Of a stretch of 64,000 nt of DNA, positions 37,429-46,904 are shown piece by piece (the first letter of the stretch is position 1; the number at the start of each line of letters is the position of its first letter). Below the pieces are notes generated by a model. That model did no database searches. It was not told the origin of the DNA and saw nothing but the letters and a program-made list of their open reading frames with translations. A program made the position numbers and the translations under genes. The stretch comes from an uncultured archaeon (lineage in GTDB: Archaea; Asgardarchaeota; Thorarchaeia; Thorarchaeales; Thorarchaeaceae): assembly GCA_964558645.1 (NCBI GenBank), contig CAZLEV010000001.1:349568-413567 (forward strand), written 5' to 3'.

Positions 37429-39252
37429 ATGACAGTGCGAGTATATCTAGATGCAAATTTCTTCATATCAGGATTCAGCGAAAGACCAAAGGATGTCCAT
37501 TTGATTAAGCAGGCGGCTGATCAGCTGGACATGGAGCTGTGGATTAGCAGGCAGGTCTTTCATGAGCTGCGCTGGTATCTTAGGCGAGAGGTTGAAACCA
37601 TTATACAAATCGATGAGACGCTCATGAAAGATATCAAGCGTTTGATTGAGGACATCAAACGTCCCGAGAGCAGTCTCCCACAGCCGAATGATATGTCTCT
37701 CGTGCTCGCGGCCATGAGGGCCAAGAATGCGAAGATTGTGACATCTGATATGAAACTCCTCAACACAATCCAGGATTTGAAGATCGAAGTGGATGGGATT
37801 GTAGGTTCTGCTTTCGTGCTTGAACTCATAGAGTCCTTGGAAGATGACGATTTGAAGAAGAAGTTGGCTTCGATTCGTGAAAGGATCTACGCCGAGGAGG
37901 TCAGATACAGCATATCAAGGAGGGAGGCATATGACCCTGTTACGAGGATCAGAATCATTGAAGAACATGCGCTAAGAGTCATCAAGACAGTGAAGCGTCC
38001 AGTCCACGACTTGGACCGGAAGCTATCAAAGGGTCAACCCCTGTTCGTTCTGGACTTCTTGGAGGATATCAAGGCGGGCATCCCCGACATGTTTGATGAC
38101 TTCAAATTGGGTCGCTATGACACGCTAGCTGACGAGATAGAAGCAGTGCAGAATGAAATAGAGCGTCTGTTGATTGTATCAACTCTTACGCAAGACAGTG
38201 CGACCCATCAGGCACTTATAGAGCATGCCTCCAACCTCACGCTATTCCTCTACTATCTTCAGATGGTCTGTCAGCTGTACCGCGGAACTCGTGAAGGAAT
38301 CGACGAGGCCATTGTGGTCAGTGACGAGGCCTTTAGGTTGCTAATGTTTGCTGCCGTGACCAATGACGAACTCAAAGCACTGGTGTTCTTCGTGCGGATC
38401 ATACTTGGTCTGATTCGTGAAGACTACGAAGAGATAGACTACTACTATTCTCTCTACGACGGAATGCTAGATCGTGCCGGTCTGGATCAGATGAAAGAAA
38501 CATCTGAGGGTCTCTATGTGACCATGCAGATACTGCGCAAGTTCATGGGCGGTTTCTCTCTGAGAAAGACCAAGCTCGATTACCCAGAGGTGACCATTGC
38601 AATGCTGAATGATATTGCGAAATACTTCATCCAGTTCAACCAACACCAGAACGCCTGGCAGCTTTCTGCCAACGCGTACAAAATCGGTGTAGCCTACAAT
38701 ATCGAGGAGGGAGCCAGACAGTCCTTCTTGATGCTCTATAAGGTCTCGTCATCTGCAGACGACAAGTACAACAGCGGTCTTGAGAAGATAGCAGAGAACG
38801 CTCTGAAAATGTTCATCAAGAAACAGTGGAACACAAATCAGGTCACTCCGATTCTGAATCAAGTGCAAGGTAATCCAAATCCTGTTGGTGACATAGGCAC
38901 CGAAGGACCTGTCCCGCTTGAGGAGCTACCAGAGGAATTGCACGGATGGATGGACGTTCTCTCTGTTCAAGCTATTGAGGGACATGAGACCCTCGTGGTA
39001 TTCAATGAGAAGATGAAAGCACGTGTTGGCGTAGATGTTTCAATGCACCCTGAACTCAGGGGGTTGAAGACGGGACACAAGATTGCCCTTGCAAGCGGTG
39101 AGTTTGCTTTGTCGATCGCACCCGATTATGTGGTTTCTAATTACTCAGTAATGCTCCTGGTTACACCAAGTGAGGGTTCGGAGATATCATATGAGGGAGA
39201 ATACGGATTTCGGTATCTCGAGGTCGCAGAGCCAGAAGAGATTGAAAACTGA
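37429..39252 (+). CDS. PIN-domain protein with long helical region and C-terminal beta domain
   Basis: YLDANF, VFHEL, NDMSL and VTSD give the PIN acidic set in the first ~130 aa. Confidence 0.7.
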   Translation: MTVRVYLDANFFISGFSERPKDVHLIKQAADQLDMELWISRQVFHELRWYLRREVETIIQIDETLMKDIKRLIEDIKRPESSLPQPNDMSLVLAAMRAKNAKIVTSDMKLLNTIQDLKIEVDGIVGSAFVLELIESLEDDDLKKKLASIRERIYAEEVRYSISRREAYDPVTRIRIIEEHALRVIKTVKRPVHDLDRKLSKGQPLFVLDFLEDIKAGIPDMFDDFKLGRYDTLADEIEAVQNEIERLLIVSTLTQDSATHQALIEHASNLTLFLYYLQMVCQLYRGTREGIDEAIVVSDEAFRLLMFAAVTNDELKALVFFVRIILGLIREDYEEIDYYYSLYDGMLDRAGLDQMKETSEGLYVTMQILRKFMGGFSLRKTKLDYPEVTIAMLNDIAKYFIQFNQHQNAWQLSANAYKIGVAYNIEEGARQSFLMLYKVSSSADDKYNSGLEKIAENALKMFIKKQWNTNQVTPILNQVQGNPNPVGDIGTEGPVPLEELPEELHGWMDVLSVQAIEGHETLVVFNEKMKARVGVDVSMHPELRGLKTGHKIALASGEFALSIAPDYVVSNYSVMLLVTPSEGSEISYEGEYGFRYLEVAEPEEIEN

Positions 39253-39276
39253 TGCTAAGAAGAGGGTGGATACTAG

Positions 39277-39726
39277 GTGGATGCTCTCACATTTGCTCTG
39301 GTCAGTCTTGGTGTAGCTGTTGCATCTCTGTTCAACTACTATCTCAATAGAGCGCACGGTTCGGACCCAGATGATTTCTCGATAGGCCCTCCACAATTGG
39401 GCATAAGATGTGATTGTATCTTCAATATTCTGATCTTGGGCGGAATCGTGGTTGTTGCCCTCGCTGTCTCTTCTTCCATTTTCTCAACACGATCAGAGCT
39501 TTATGTCGTTGGCATCTCTGCCTTTTGTGTGATTACTGCAGCTGGATACCTTGGACGGAGGCGACGATACCAAGAGTGGCAAGAAATGGCCAAAGTCTTC
39601 AAAAGAGCCCTGCCGGACTCGAGTTTCAGCTACTCTTCTGACAGGCAACAGGCAGGTCTCTCGTTCGACGATTATCCCTACGATGATGATGACGAAGACG
39701 AGTCTGACTATTGGTTTGAGGATTAG
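39277..39726 (+). CDS. Small 3-TM membrane protein with acidic tail
   Basis: Three hydrophobic helices, GRRRR after the last one, DDDDEDESD tail. Confidence 0.7.
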   Translation: MDALTFALVSLGVAVASLFNYYLNRAHGSDPDDFSIGPPQLGIRCDCIFNILILGGIVVVALAVSSSIFSTRSELYVVGISAFCVITAAGYLGRRRRYQEWQEMAKVFKRALPDSSFSYSSDRQQAGLSFDDYPYDDDDEDESDYWFED

Positions 39727-39731
39727 CTCGT

Positions 39732-40085
39732 TTAGCCCACTTTGTCATTCTTCAGGTTTGGTGTTTTTATGGCAATCACTCGGAGAGGAGTTTCGTCATC
39801 TGCTTGGAACCAGTGTGTTTCACCCCGTTCCACAACAACCACATCTCCTCCTTTGAGCGCGATCCTCTTGCCATCAATGCCTATGATTCCTTGGCCCAAC
39901 GGAATGAAGATCTCTTCAAGATGATTGTGCGCATGTGGTTTGGTCTGCTTACCAGCCTCAATGTCAACGAGTATCACTCCTGCACTTCCAACCGCCTTAC
40001 TGAACAGCAAGTCTGCGACATACGTTGCAGAATATCCCTCTTTCATCACTGGGTCAACATCGTCCGTTCTATAGATTCTCGCCAT
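39732..40085 (-). CDS. Cupin domain protein
   Basis: PHAHNHLEEIF and GDVVVV..GETHWF motifs. Confidence 0.88.
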   Translation of the reverse strand: MARIYRTDDVDPVMKEGYSATYVADLLFSKAVGSAGVILVDIEAGKQTKPHAHNHLEEIFIPLGQGIIGIDGKRIALKGGDVVVVERGETHWFQADDETPLRVIAIKTPNLKNDKVG

Positions 40086-40166
40086 TCTACTATCCCCCAG
40101 AAACCTTCAACTGGGCTTGTGTTCTAGTTCGTTGGTCTTTCTGATTAGAGTCTGATGGTAGCAGTA

Positions 40167-40394
40167 TTATTCATGTTCATCTTCGTCTGTTTCCGGAATG
40201 ATATCCGGAAAGTCATCGTATTTGGTTTCTCTATCGTCTCTGCAACGGAACATGTGTTTGTTGAATCTGATTCTTGACAATGGCAAGTTTTCTCCTTTTG
40301 TGGTATATACAGTGCTCTGACGCAAGTCATAGCTTGGACATGCTATCCACACATGCTGCGTGAATATGCATCCCTTCCCGGTTGAGCCCTGCAC
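40167..40394 (-). CDS. Possible small hypothetical protein
   Basis: 75-aa ORF with acidic C-terminus filling an otherwise empty gap; no motif recognised. Confidence 0.3.
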   Translation of the reverse strand: MQGSTGKGCIFTQHVWIACPSYDLRQSTVYTTKGENLPLSRIRFNKHMFRCRDDRETKYDDFPDIIPETDEDEHE

Positions 40395-40509
40395 GACCTT
40401 CTTCCCTTATAGTCGTTGTCACTACAAGGTATTTATCATCATTCGAAAAACATGAAGCAGCACCGGATTATGCGGTGAGTTGTCGGTTTTGACTTGGATG
40501 TGACTTGAA

Positions 40510-41013
40510 TTGAAACAAATGATTGCGGTAATCGGCGGGTCCTCGGCTGGAGACAAGGCACTCACATACGCTGAGCAACTTGGAAAGGAGATTGCATCAC
40601 GCGGGGCAGTCTTGGTTTGTGGTGGCCTCGGAGGTGTGATGGAAGCGGCTTGTAAGGGCGCGAAGAGCATGGGCGGCACCACGGTGGGGATTCTGCCCAC
40701 CGATGTACATAGCCATGCGAACCAGTTCGTTGATATTGCAATTCCCACGGGGCTGGGATACGCTCGCAATTTCCTTGTTGCCAAGAGCGGCCATGCAGTG
40801 ATAGCCATTGATGGATCGGCTGGAACCCTGAGTGAGATGGCGATTGCATGGTTCTCCGACCGTCCAGTCGTGGCGCTCGAACCATCAGGAGGATGGGCCG
40901 CTGAATTAGCCGGCAAGAAGATTGATAACCGACGGGATGACAGGGTATACGCGGCTACCACTCCCAAGGACGCAGTCGATTTTGCCTTGGAAGCATTGTC
41001 GCGAGACTCTTGA
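40510..41013 (+). CDS. LOG-family Rossmann protein (TIGR00725-like)
   Basis: CGGLGGVMEAACKGA, TGLGYARN and GTLSEMA motifs. Confidence 0.92.
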   Translation: MKQMIAVIGGSSAGDKALTYAEQLGKEIASRGAVLVCGGLGGVMEAACKGAKSMGGTTVGILPTDVHSHANQFVDIAIPTGLGYARNFLVAKSGHAVIAIDGSAGTLSEMAIAWFSDRPVVALEPSGGWAAELAGKKIDNRRDDRVYAATTPKDAVDFALEALSRDS

Positions 41014-41071
41014 TTGGGAAGGAACCATAAGGAACAACGAATACTCACCTTGTGTGAGCGTGTAAGGCTTC

Positions 41072-41917
41072 ATGAAGATAGCACGTGATTTGTTAGAGAG
41101 AGGTATTGCGCCCGAAGGAGATGAGGTTCGACAGTTGATCAAACAGGTCTCAGACCAGCTGGTATCTGAACCTAACGTTGTGCGAATACCGAAAGGAAAT
41201 CTGGTCCTAATAGGTGACTTGCATGGCGAATACTCTTCTCTGGACGCAATAGTGGGAGAATACCTTCGAACTGATCGACATCTCGTCTTCTTGGGGGACT
41301 ACGCCGACAGAGGGCCGCAACAGGTTCGCACTATCAACACTGTGATTGCTCTCTCGTTGCTCTACCCTGACCGCGTGACGATAATAAGGGGCAATCATGA
41401 ATCGAGAGAGATTGCTCAGGTGTACGGATTCTATAATGCTGTCAATCGAGAGTATGGGCGAGACCTATTCAGAGAGTACTGCCGGTTTTTCGAGGTAATC
41501 CCTCTTGCTGCCTGCAGCACCTCCGGCATCTTTTGTTGTCATGGTGGTATTCCCGAGGAACTCGAATCTCTTGACCAACTCCAGTCGATTGACCGCTTTG
41601 ATGAGAATTTTAGGAATGATATCGTTTTTCAGATGGTCTGGAACGACCCGCAAGAGGGTGACTTCATGTTCCGACCCAACAGCAGGTCCGCTAGGGCACG
41701 GGTATACGGGAAAAAGGCCTTTGACAGATTCAGTGAGAATCTGGGCGTTTCTCTTATGTTTCGAGCCCACGAGGTCTTTGCCAATGGGTACCAGACGTTC
41801 TTCGACAATCGTCTCGTCAGTGTGTTCTCTGCCTCATACAGAGGCATGGCTGAACCAAAGGTTGTTCTGGCGAACACTGATGGCACTTTCCACCCCCGTA
41901 GCATTGATTTAGAGTGA
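41072..41917 (+). CDS. PPP-family Ser/Thr protein phosphatase
   Basis: GDLHG, GDYADRG, RGNHE, HGG, WNDP, RAHE and SVFSA motifs. Confidence 0.92.
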   Translation: MKIARDLLERGIAPEGDEVRQLIKQVSDQLVSEPNVVRIPKGNLVLIGDLHGEYSSLDAIVGEYLRTDRHLVFLGDYADRGPQQVRTINTVIALSLLYPDRVTIIRGNHESREIAQVYGFYNAVNREYGRDLFREYCRFFEVIPLAACSTSGIFCCHGGIPEELESLDQLQSIDRFDENFRNDIVFQMVWNDPQEGDFMFRPNSRSARARVYGKKAFDRFSENLGVSLMFRAHEVFANGYQTFFDNRLVSVFSASYRGMAEPKVVLANTDGTFHPRSIDLE

Positions 41918-42036
41918 TTCCAAACGTGACAGATCCCGAGTAGTGCAGCTGTACAATGCCTTACATTGAGGCAAATTATTAAGGCAAGTCGTTCGAACAG
42001 ACTCGTCATGCAAGACCCACCAGAGCAGCTTGAGAG

Positions 42037-43125
42037 ATGAATGCAATGCCCAAAGTCGCAGTGGTGAAGACCTCACCAAAGACAATCTTCGATGATATCG
42101 CCCGATTGATGGATCTGGCGGACTACGACCAGCATATGTCGAAGGATGTTATGACAACCATCAAGCTGAACCTCTCTTGGAGCAAGTTCTATCCTGCCTG
42201 TTCTACGAATCCATACATCCTGGATGGCGTGCTTCGAAAACTCATCTCTGATGGATTTGACAGCCGATCGATTCAGGCTGTTGAGAATGAGACTGTTGTC
42301 ACAAACATCTACGAGGGCGTCAAGAAGAACAACTGGTATCCTGTGATGCGCAAGCACAAGATCAGCTTTCTCCCGCTCATCAATGCCAACTATGTTGATG
42401 TCGAACTCCCACAAGAGACCCTTGTCCTTGAAGATATCTTTCGAGAAGTCATCGCTCCTGAGGAGATATTTGACACAAACATCATGCATCTTCCAACCAT
42501 AAAGACACATGGTCATACTCAGATGACCGGTGCGATGAAGGACTCATTTGGTCTATATCTCACGAAGAACCGCCATCTTGCTCATCTGAAGATACACGAA
42601 GTCCTTGTTGACCTCTTGCTTCTTCAGAAGACAATCTCACACTCCGAGTTCGTTGTGACCGATGGAACAGTGATGGGTGACGGCGCGGGACCAAGAACAA
42701 TGGAACCTAAGATCGGCAACATTCTCCTGGCTACACATGACATGGTTGCTGCGGACGCAGTTCAGACGAGGCTCATGGGTCTCGACCAAAGCCTGGTCAG
42801 AAAGCTTCAGATTGCGAAGGAACTAGGTCTGGGTGAGAATGATCCTGAAAGCATCGAGATCGTCGGAGATTTCGAGTCTTGGAAGGATCTGCCAAATTTC
42901 CATCTCAAGACCGGCAAGAGCCCAGTGATAACATGGAATCGAGGATTCTTACGTTTCCCCGGGATGGAAACATTTCTATTCCGGTCCCCTCTCATGTGGG
43001 TGCCTACTCAGCTATCGGGCCTCTATCATGATGGTATCTGGCTTCCTCTATTCGGAAAGAAATGGGTCAACTGGTTCCTTGAAGAAACTGAGTGGGGCGA
43101 GCTGTGGAAATCATACTCTCAGTAG
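42037..43125 (+). CDS. DUF362 domain protein
   Basis: IKLN, HLPTIKTHGH..MTGAMK, DGT...G.GP and D.VAAD motifs; no ferredoxin domain. Confidence 0.85.
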   Translation: MNAMPKVAVVKTSPKTIFDDIARLMDLADYDQHMSKDVMTTIKLNLSWSKFYPACSTNPYILDGVLRKLISDGFDSRSIQAVENETVVTNIYEGVKKNNWYPVMRKHKISFLPLINANYVDVELPQETLVLEDIFREVIAPEEIFDTNIMHLPTIKTHGHTQMTGAMKDSFGLYLTKNRHLAHLKIHEVLVDLLLLQKTISHSEFVVTDGTVMGDGAGPRTMEPKIGNILLATHDMVAADAVQTRLMGLDQSLVRKLQIAKELGLGENDPESIEIVGDFESWKDLPNFHLKTGKSPVITWNRGFLRFPGMETFLFRSPLMWVPTQLSGLYHDGIWLPLFGKKWVNWFLEETEWGELWKSYSQ

Positions 43126-43128
43126 AAG

Positions 43129-44085
43129 GTGAAAAGCATGGTGTTCAGAGACTATCTTAAAATGATGCGGCCACATCAATGGTACAAGAATACTCTTGTC
43201 TTCCTAGCTATCATCTTTGGGAGGATTACGATAGATGACATTGAGTATCCCACTCTGTTTCTCCTCGACAAGTATTTTCCATTGTTTGTGGGCTTCGCAA
43301 TTCTATGCATGATTTCGAGTGCAGGCTATCTATTGAATGATATAGCGGATCTAGAAAAGGACGCTGCTCACCCCGAAAAGAAGGAACGACCTCTTCCATC
43401 GGGTTCTGCGTCCCCTCGGATTGCGACTGCCTTGGCGTCAGTTCTGATGGTCGGCGGCCTGATTCTTTCCACATTCAATACCATGTTCTTGCTGGTTGTC
43501 ATTCTCTACATCATCAACTCTCAAGCATACAATCACTTCCTGCGCAACTATGCTGTCGTTGATGTTTCTACAATAGCCATTGGTTTCATACTTCGAGCTG
43601 TTGCCGGAGCGTTCCTGATACGAGTTCCCTTCACCTCTTGGTTGGTTATTGGGGTCTACTTCGTTGCGCTTGTGCTCGGATTTGGAAAGCGAAAGAATGA
43701 GTTACAGCTCATGGGCGAAGATGCTGCTGAGCACAAACCCGTGTTTACGCAATACACCGAGCAGATGCTCGATCAAGGTGTTCAGATGTCTGCAACATGG
43801 GTGGTCCTCTTCTATGCGCTCTACTGCTATGAGAACTACCGTACAGTCATGCTAGAACAACCGGTCATGCTTACGATTCCGTTTGTTGCTGGATTGGTAT
43901 TGCGCTACCTGTATCTTCTCAACAATGGGAGCCCCGTTGGCCGGAAACCACATCTTGCAATCCGTGATAAGGGCATACTGGTGGGCGGCATCTTATTCGG
44001 ACTTGTGCTCTTCTGGACTCTCTTCTTCTGGGTTCCGGTTTTGGAATTCTTTCTGGAGCTGTTTCCACCGCTCTACTATTGGTGA
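43129..44085 (+). CDS. UbiA-superfamily polyprenyl-phosphate phosphoribosyltransferase-like protein
   Basis: MRPHQWYKN, YLLNDIAD...D..HPEK..RPLPSG, GFILRAVAG, GKRKNEL and Y.LY, the motif set of the DPPR synthase subfamily. Confidence 0.85.
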   Translation: MKSMVFRDYLKMMRPHQWYKNTLVFLAIIFGRITIDDIEYPTLFLLDKYFPLFVGFAILCMISSAGYLLNDIADLEKDAAHPEKKERPLPSGSASPRIATALASVLMVGGLILSTFNTMFLLVVILYIINSQAYNHFLRNYAVVDVSTIAIGFILRAVAGAFLIRVPFTSWLVIGVYFVALVLGFGKRKNELQLMGEDAAEHKPVFTQYTEQMLDQGVQMSATWVVLFYALYCYENYRTVMLEQPVMLTIPFVAGLVLRYLYLLNNGSPVGRKPHLAIRDKGILVGGILFGLVLFWTLFFWVPVLEFFLELFPPLYYW

Positions 44086-44090
44086 GATCT

Positions 44091-44762
44091 ATGAGCGGAC
44101 GTATGTCAGCCTTTGATATGCATAGTCACAGTTTCCACTCAAAAGACGGGATGATTCACCTGAGCGACTTTTTCCCCTTGATGAAGAGGCGAGGTCTCAG
44201 GGGAATGGCACTCACAGAGCATGAGAAACCATCCATCCTGAAACCGATACAGCACGATGACTGTTTTCTGCTGAATGGTTGCGAGTTCAAGTCCACGGAT
44301 TATGGTGAACTCATCGGATTGTTCATCTCAGAACCTATCAAGAATCGATCCTTCAGTGAGATAGCCGAAGACATCCATGACCAGAATGGCCTCACCATCC
44401 TACCTCATCCATGCGACCCACTGCGGAAACATACAGCCCTGCGTAGAGGATTGCCGAAGGACTTGATTGTCAAACATGTTGATCTGATTGAGGGTATCAA
44501 CTCTAGGTGCATCATAGACCTATTCAACAAGAAAGCCCAGAAGCTTGCAAAGCAACTTGATAAGCCTATGACCGCGGGGAGTGATGGTCATAGCTTCCTT
44601 GAGGTAGGACATGCAAAGACTTGGCTACAAGATGTTGAAGATGTGGGAGATATCTATGAGGCGTTGAAAGCAGGGAGGACACAGATCTCTGGATATTGCT
44701 CACTTCCTTTATGGCACGTACCTACTGTTATCTGGCAACGGGTAAGGAAGCTGGGAAGATGA
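44091..44762 (+). CDS. PHP-domain phosphoesterase
   Basis: DMHSHS..S.DG, TEH, PHP, EGINSR and GSDGH motifs. Confidence 0.9.
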   Translation: MSGRMSAFDMHSHSFHSKDGMIHLSDFFPLMKRRGLRGMALTEHEKPSILKPIQHDDCFLLNGCEFKSTDYGELIGLFISEPIKNRSFSEIAEDIHDQNGLTILPHPCDPLRKHTALRRGLPKDLIVKHVDLIEGINSRCIIDLFNKKAQKLAKQLDKPMTAGSDGHSFLEVGHAKTWLQDVEDVGDIYEALKAGRTQISGYCSLPLWHVPTVIWQRVRKLGR

Positions 44763-45802
44763 CCGAAGAATCGGAACTTGACGAAGGGAACGGGAAACCT
44801 CTCATCAGCGTTCGCCACCTGATTCTGTTTGTGTTCATTGGAATGATCATTTACTTGGTCATCTTATTCTATGGGCGGATTGATGAAGTCCTATCTGCAA
44901 TAGGGGCTATTCCATGGTGGTGGGCTATCCCTGCAATGATGGGGTTGTCTCTCATCAATTATGGGATTCGTTATCTGAAATGGAACTACTATCTTAGACG
45001 CATCGACATCAATCTTTCACACGTAGACTCCTTCAGTATATTTTTAGCTGGGTTCACATTGACTGTATCACCTGGAAAGATGGGGGAGGCAATCAAAGGC
45101 TACTTCTGTAACGAGCTTGATGGAACACCCGTAGCTAAGACCGCTCCAGTGGTGATATCTGAGCGAGTGACCGACCTGTTGGCTATGGTCTTGCTTGCGG
45201 GGCTTGCTTTCATCATTGGATTCGGTGGAGAGAACCAACTTGTCCTCCTTGGTCTTGTTGGAGTTGTAGTGGTGGTTGGGGCCCTACTACTCGGTAATCG
45301 AACATTTTATGAGAGGATTTTGCAGAGGCTGACCTCAATTGGTCCATTGAAGCGATTTCAGGATAGCTGTGAACACATCGAAGAGACCATGACAAGCACC
45401 CTTTCACCGAAACCCCTTGTGGTGAGCACTCTGATCAGCATCCCTGGCTGGTTCATGGAGTGCCTTGAGCTCTGGCTTCTGCTTAGTCTTATCACAGGCG
45501 GAGGGCTACCGAGTCTGGCTCCTTCATCACTTGCACTGCTTGTTCAGGCGACATTTGTGCATGCCACCGCCTCTTCGGTAGGGGCAGTCCTGATCTTCCT
45601 ACCCGGTGGTCTTGGAGGTTACGAGGGCGTGGCTATATCCATAATGGAGATTCTTGTCGGCATTGCAAGGAATCTCGCTGTTGCTTCGACAATAATCATC
45701 CGTTTTGTGACTCTATGGTTCAGTGTGGCGGTTGGATTTGTCGGTCTTGGAATCGTTCAGCATAGGAAACGCTCTCGAGAAGCGGCCATGCACCAAGCTT
45801 AA
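44759..45802 (+). CDS. Flippase-like membrane protein (lysylphosphatidylglycerol synthase TM / UPF0104)
   Basis: R..KW, PGKMGE..K, ERVTD, PGGLGGYE and IRFVTLW motifs; ATGA overlap with the PHP gene. Confidence 0.88.
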   Translation: MTEESELDEGNGKPLISVRHLILFVFIGMIIYLVILFYGRIDEVLSAIGAIPWWWAIPAMMGLSLINYGIRYLKWNYYLRRIDINLSHVDSFSIFLAGFTLTVSPGKMGEAIKGYFCNELDGTPVAKTAPVVISERVTDLLAMVLLAGLAFIIGFGGENQLVLLGLVGVVVVVGALLLGNRTFYERILQRLTSIGPLKRFQDSCEHIEETMTSTLSPKPLVVSTLISIPGWFMECLELWLLLSLITGGGLPSLAPSSLALLVQATFVHATASSVGAVLIFLPGGLGGYEGVAISIMEILVGIARNLAVASTIIIRFVTLWFSVAVGFVGLGIVQHRKRSREAAMHQA

Positions 45803-45829
45803 AACATCGTCAAGATTTCATTCGCAATT

Positions 45830-46876
45830 GTGAGGCAAATGAAGGGAACTAAGGACTCTCTGAATCCATCATTCGAAATTGCGGTCAGGAATGCTGAAGA
45901 AGTCGTGACCGAGGAAGAAATTCGTACAATAGTCGAAGGCAAATCTGGATTCAACTTCTATTATGGCACTGCACCTACAGGCCCTTTTCATTTTGCATAT
46001 CTCATTCCACTCAACAAACTCGTCCAGTTGTCTGACATAGGCGGCCGAGGGACAATTCTGCTTGCTGACTATCACTCCCATCTGGACTCTCAGAAGACTT
46101 CCTTTGAGCTCATGGAGCTTCGATCCAAATACTATGAGGAATGCATCCGTGGAGTGCTAGGTAAGCATTCAGACAAAATGGATTTCCGTCTTGGTTCCAG
46201 CTATCAGCATAAGCGCGATTATGTCGAGGACCTATACCGCGTAGCGGCCAAGGTCACAACAACACGAGCAAAACGAGCTGCTAGTGAAGTCGTCAGGATG
46301 CGAGGAGAGGCAAAGGTTTCTGAGCTTCTGTACCCTCTTCTACAGATTCTTGATGTCAAGTACCTCCAGGCGGACATTACGGTTGGGGGCATCGATCAAC
46401 GGAACATCTACATGCTGGGTCGTGAAGTCCTCGAGGATGTGGGCTTCAAGAAGGGCAGCTACATCTTCATGCCTTTGCTTCCATCTCTTAGAGGTGGGGG
46501 AGCCAAGATGTCCGCCAGTGATCCGTTGTCCCATATCCGGGTGACGGATGAACCTGCTGCGATTCGTCGAACAATCAAGAAGGCATATTGTCCTGCAGGT
46601 GATCTAAAAGCAAACGCAATCACATCCACAGTCCGCTACATCGTCATGCCCCGCTTTGGGAAGCTTGAGATTGAGAGAAAGGAGAAGTTCGGCGGGGATG
46701 TAAGCTTCGATTCGATTGACGTGTTCGAAAAAGCATATGTCAACGAAGATATTCATCCCATGGACGTGAAGAAGGCTGTTTCCGAGGCACTTATTGACCT
46801 GCTCGAGCCTGCCCGTAAGTACTTCGAGAAGCATCAGGACTTGCTCGAAGAAGTAGAGAAGACATTTGAGACCTAG
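45830..46876 (+). CDS. tyrS: Tyrosine--tRNA ligase (archaeal/eukaryotic type)
   Basis: YYGTAPTG..HFAY (HIGH equivalent), YPLLQ.LD, GGIDQR, KMSAS and HPMDVK motifs. Confidence 0.95.
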   Translation: MRQMKGTKDSLNPSFEIAVRNAEEVVTEEEIRTIVEGKSGFNFYYGTAPTGPFHFAYLIPLNKLVQLSDIGGRGTILLADYHSHLDSQKTSFELMELRSKYYEECIRGVLGKHSDKMDFRLGSSYQHKRDYVEDLYRVAAKVTTTRAKRAASEVVRMRGEAKVSELLYPLLQILDVKYLQADITVGGIDQRNIYMLGREVLEDVGFKKGSYIFMPLLPSLRGGGAKMSASDPLSHIRVTDEPAAIRRTIKKAYCPAGDLKANAITSTVRYIVMPRFGKLEIERKEKFGGDVSFDSIDVFEKAYVNEDIHPMDVKKAVSEALIDLLEPARKYFEKHQDLLEEVEKTFET

Positions 46877-46877
46877 A

Positions 46878-46895
46878 GGGAGTATCGGGACTCCC
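46878..46895. terminator. Short hairpin between convergent tyrS and giant protein A
   Basis: GGGAGT-ATCGGG-ACTCCC in a 28-bp convergent gap. Confidence 0.4.
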
Positions 46896-46904
46896 CCGTT
46901 GGTT

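Noticed and set aside
40422-41048. Long antisense ORFs (this one, 16780-17382, 62318-62929, 13922-14410 and others)
   Set aside because: They are shadows of well-supported genes on the opposite strand and carry no motifs.
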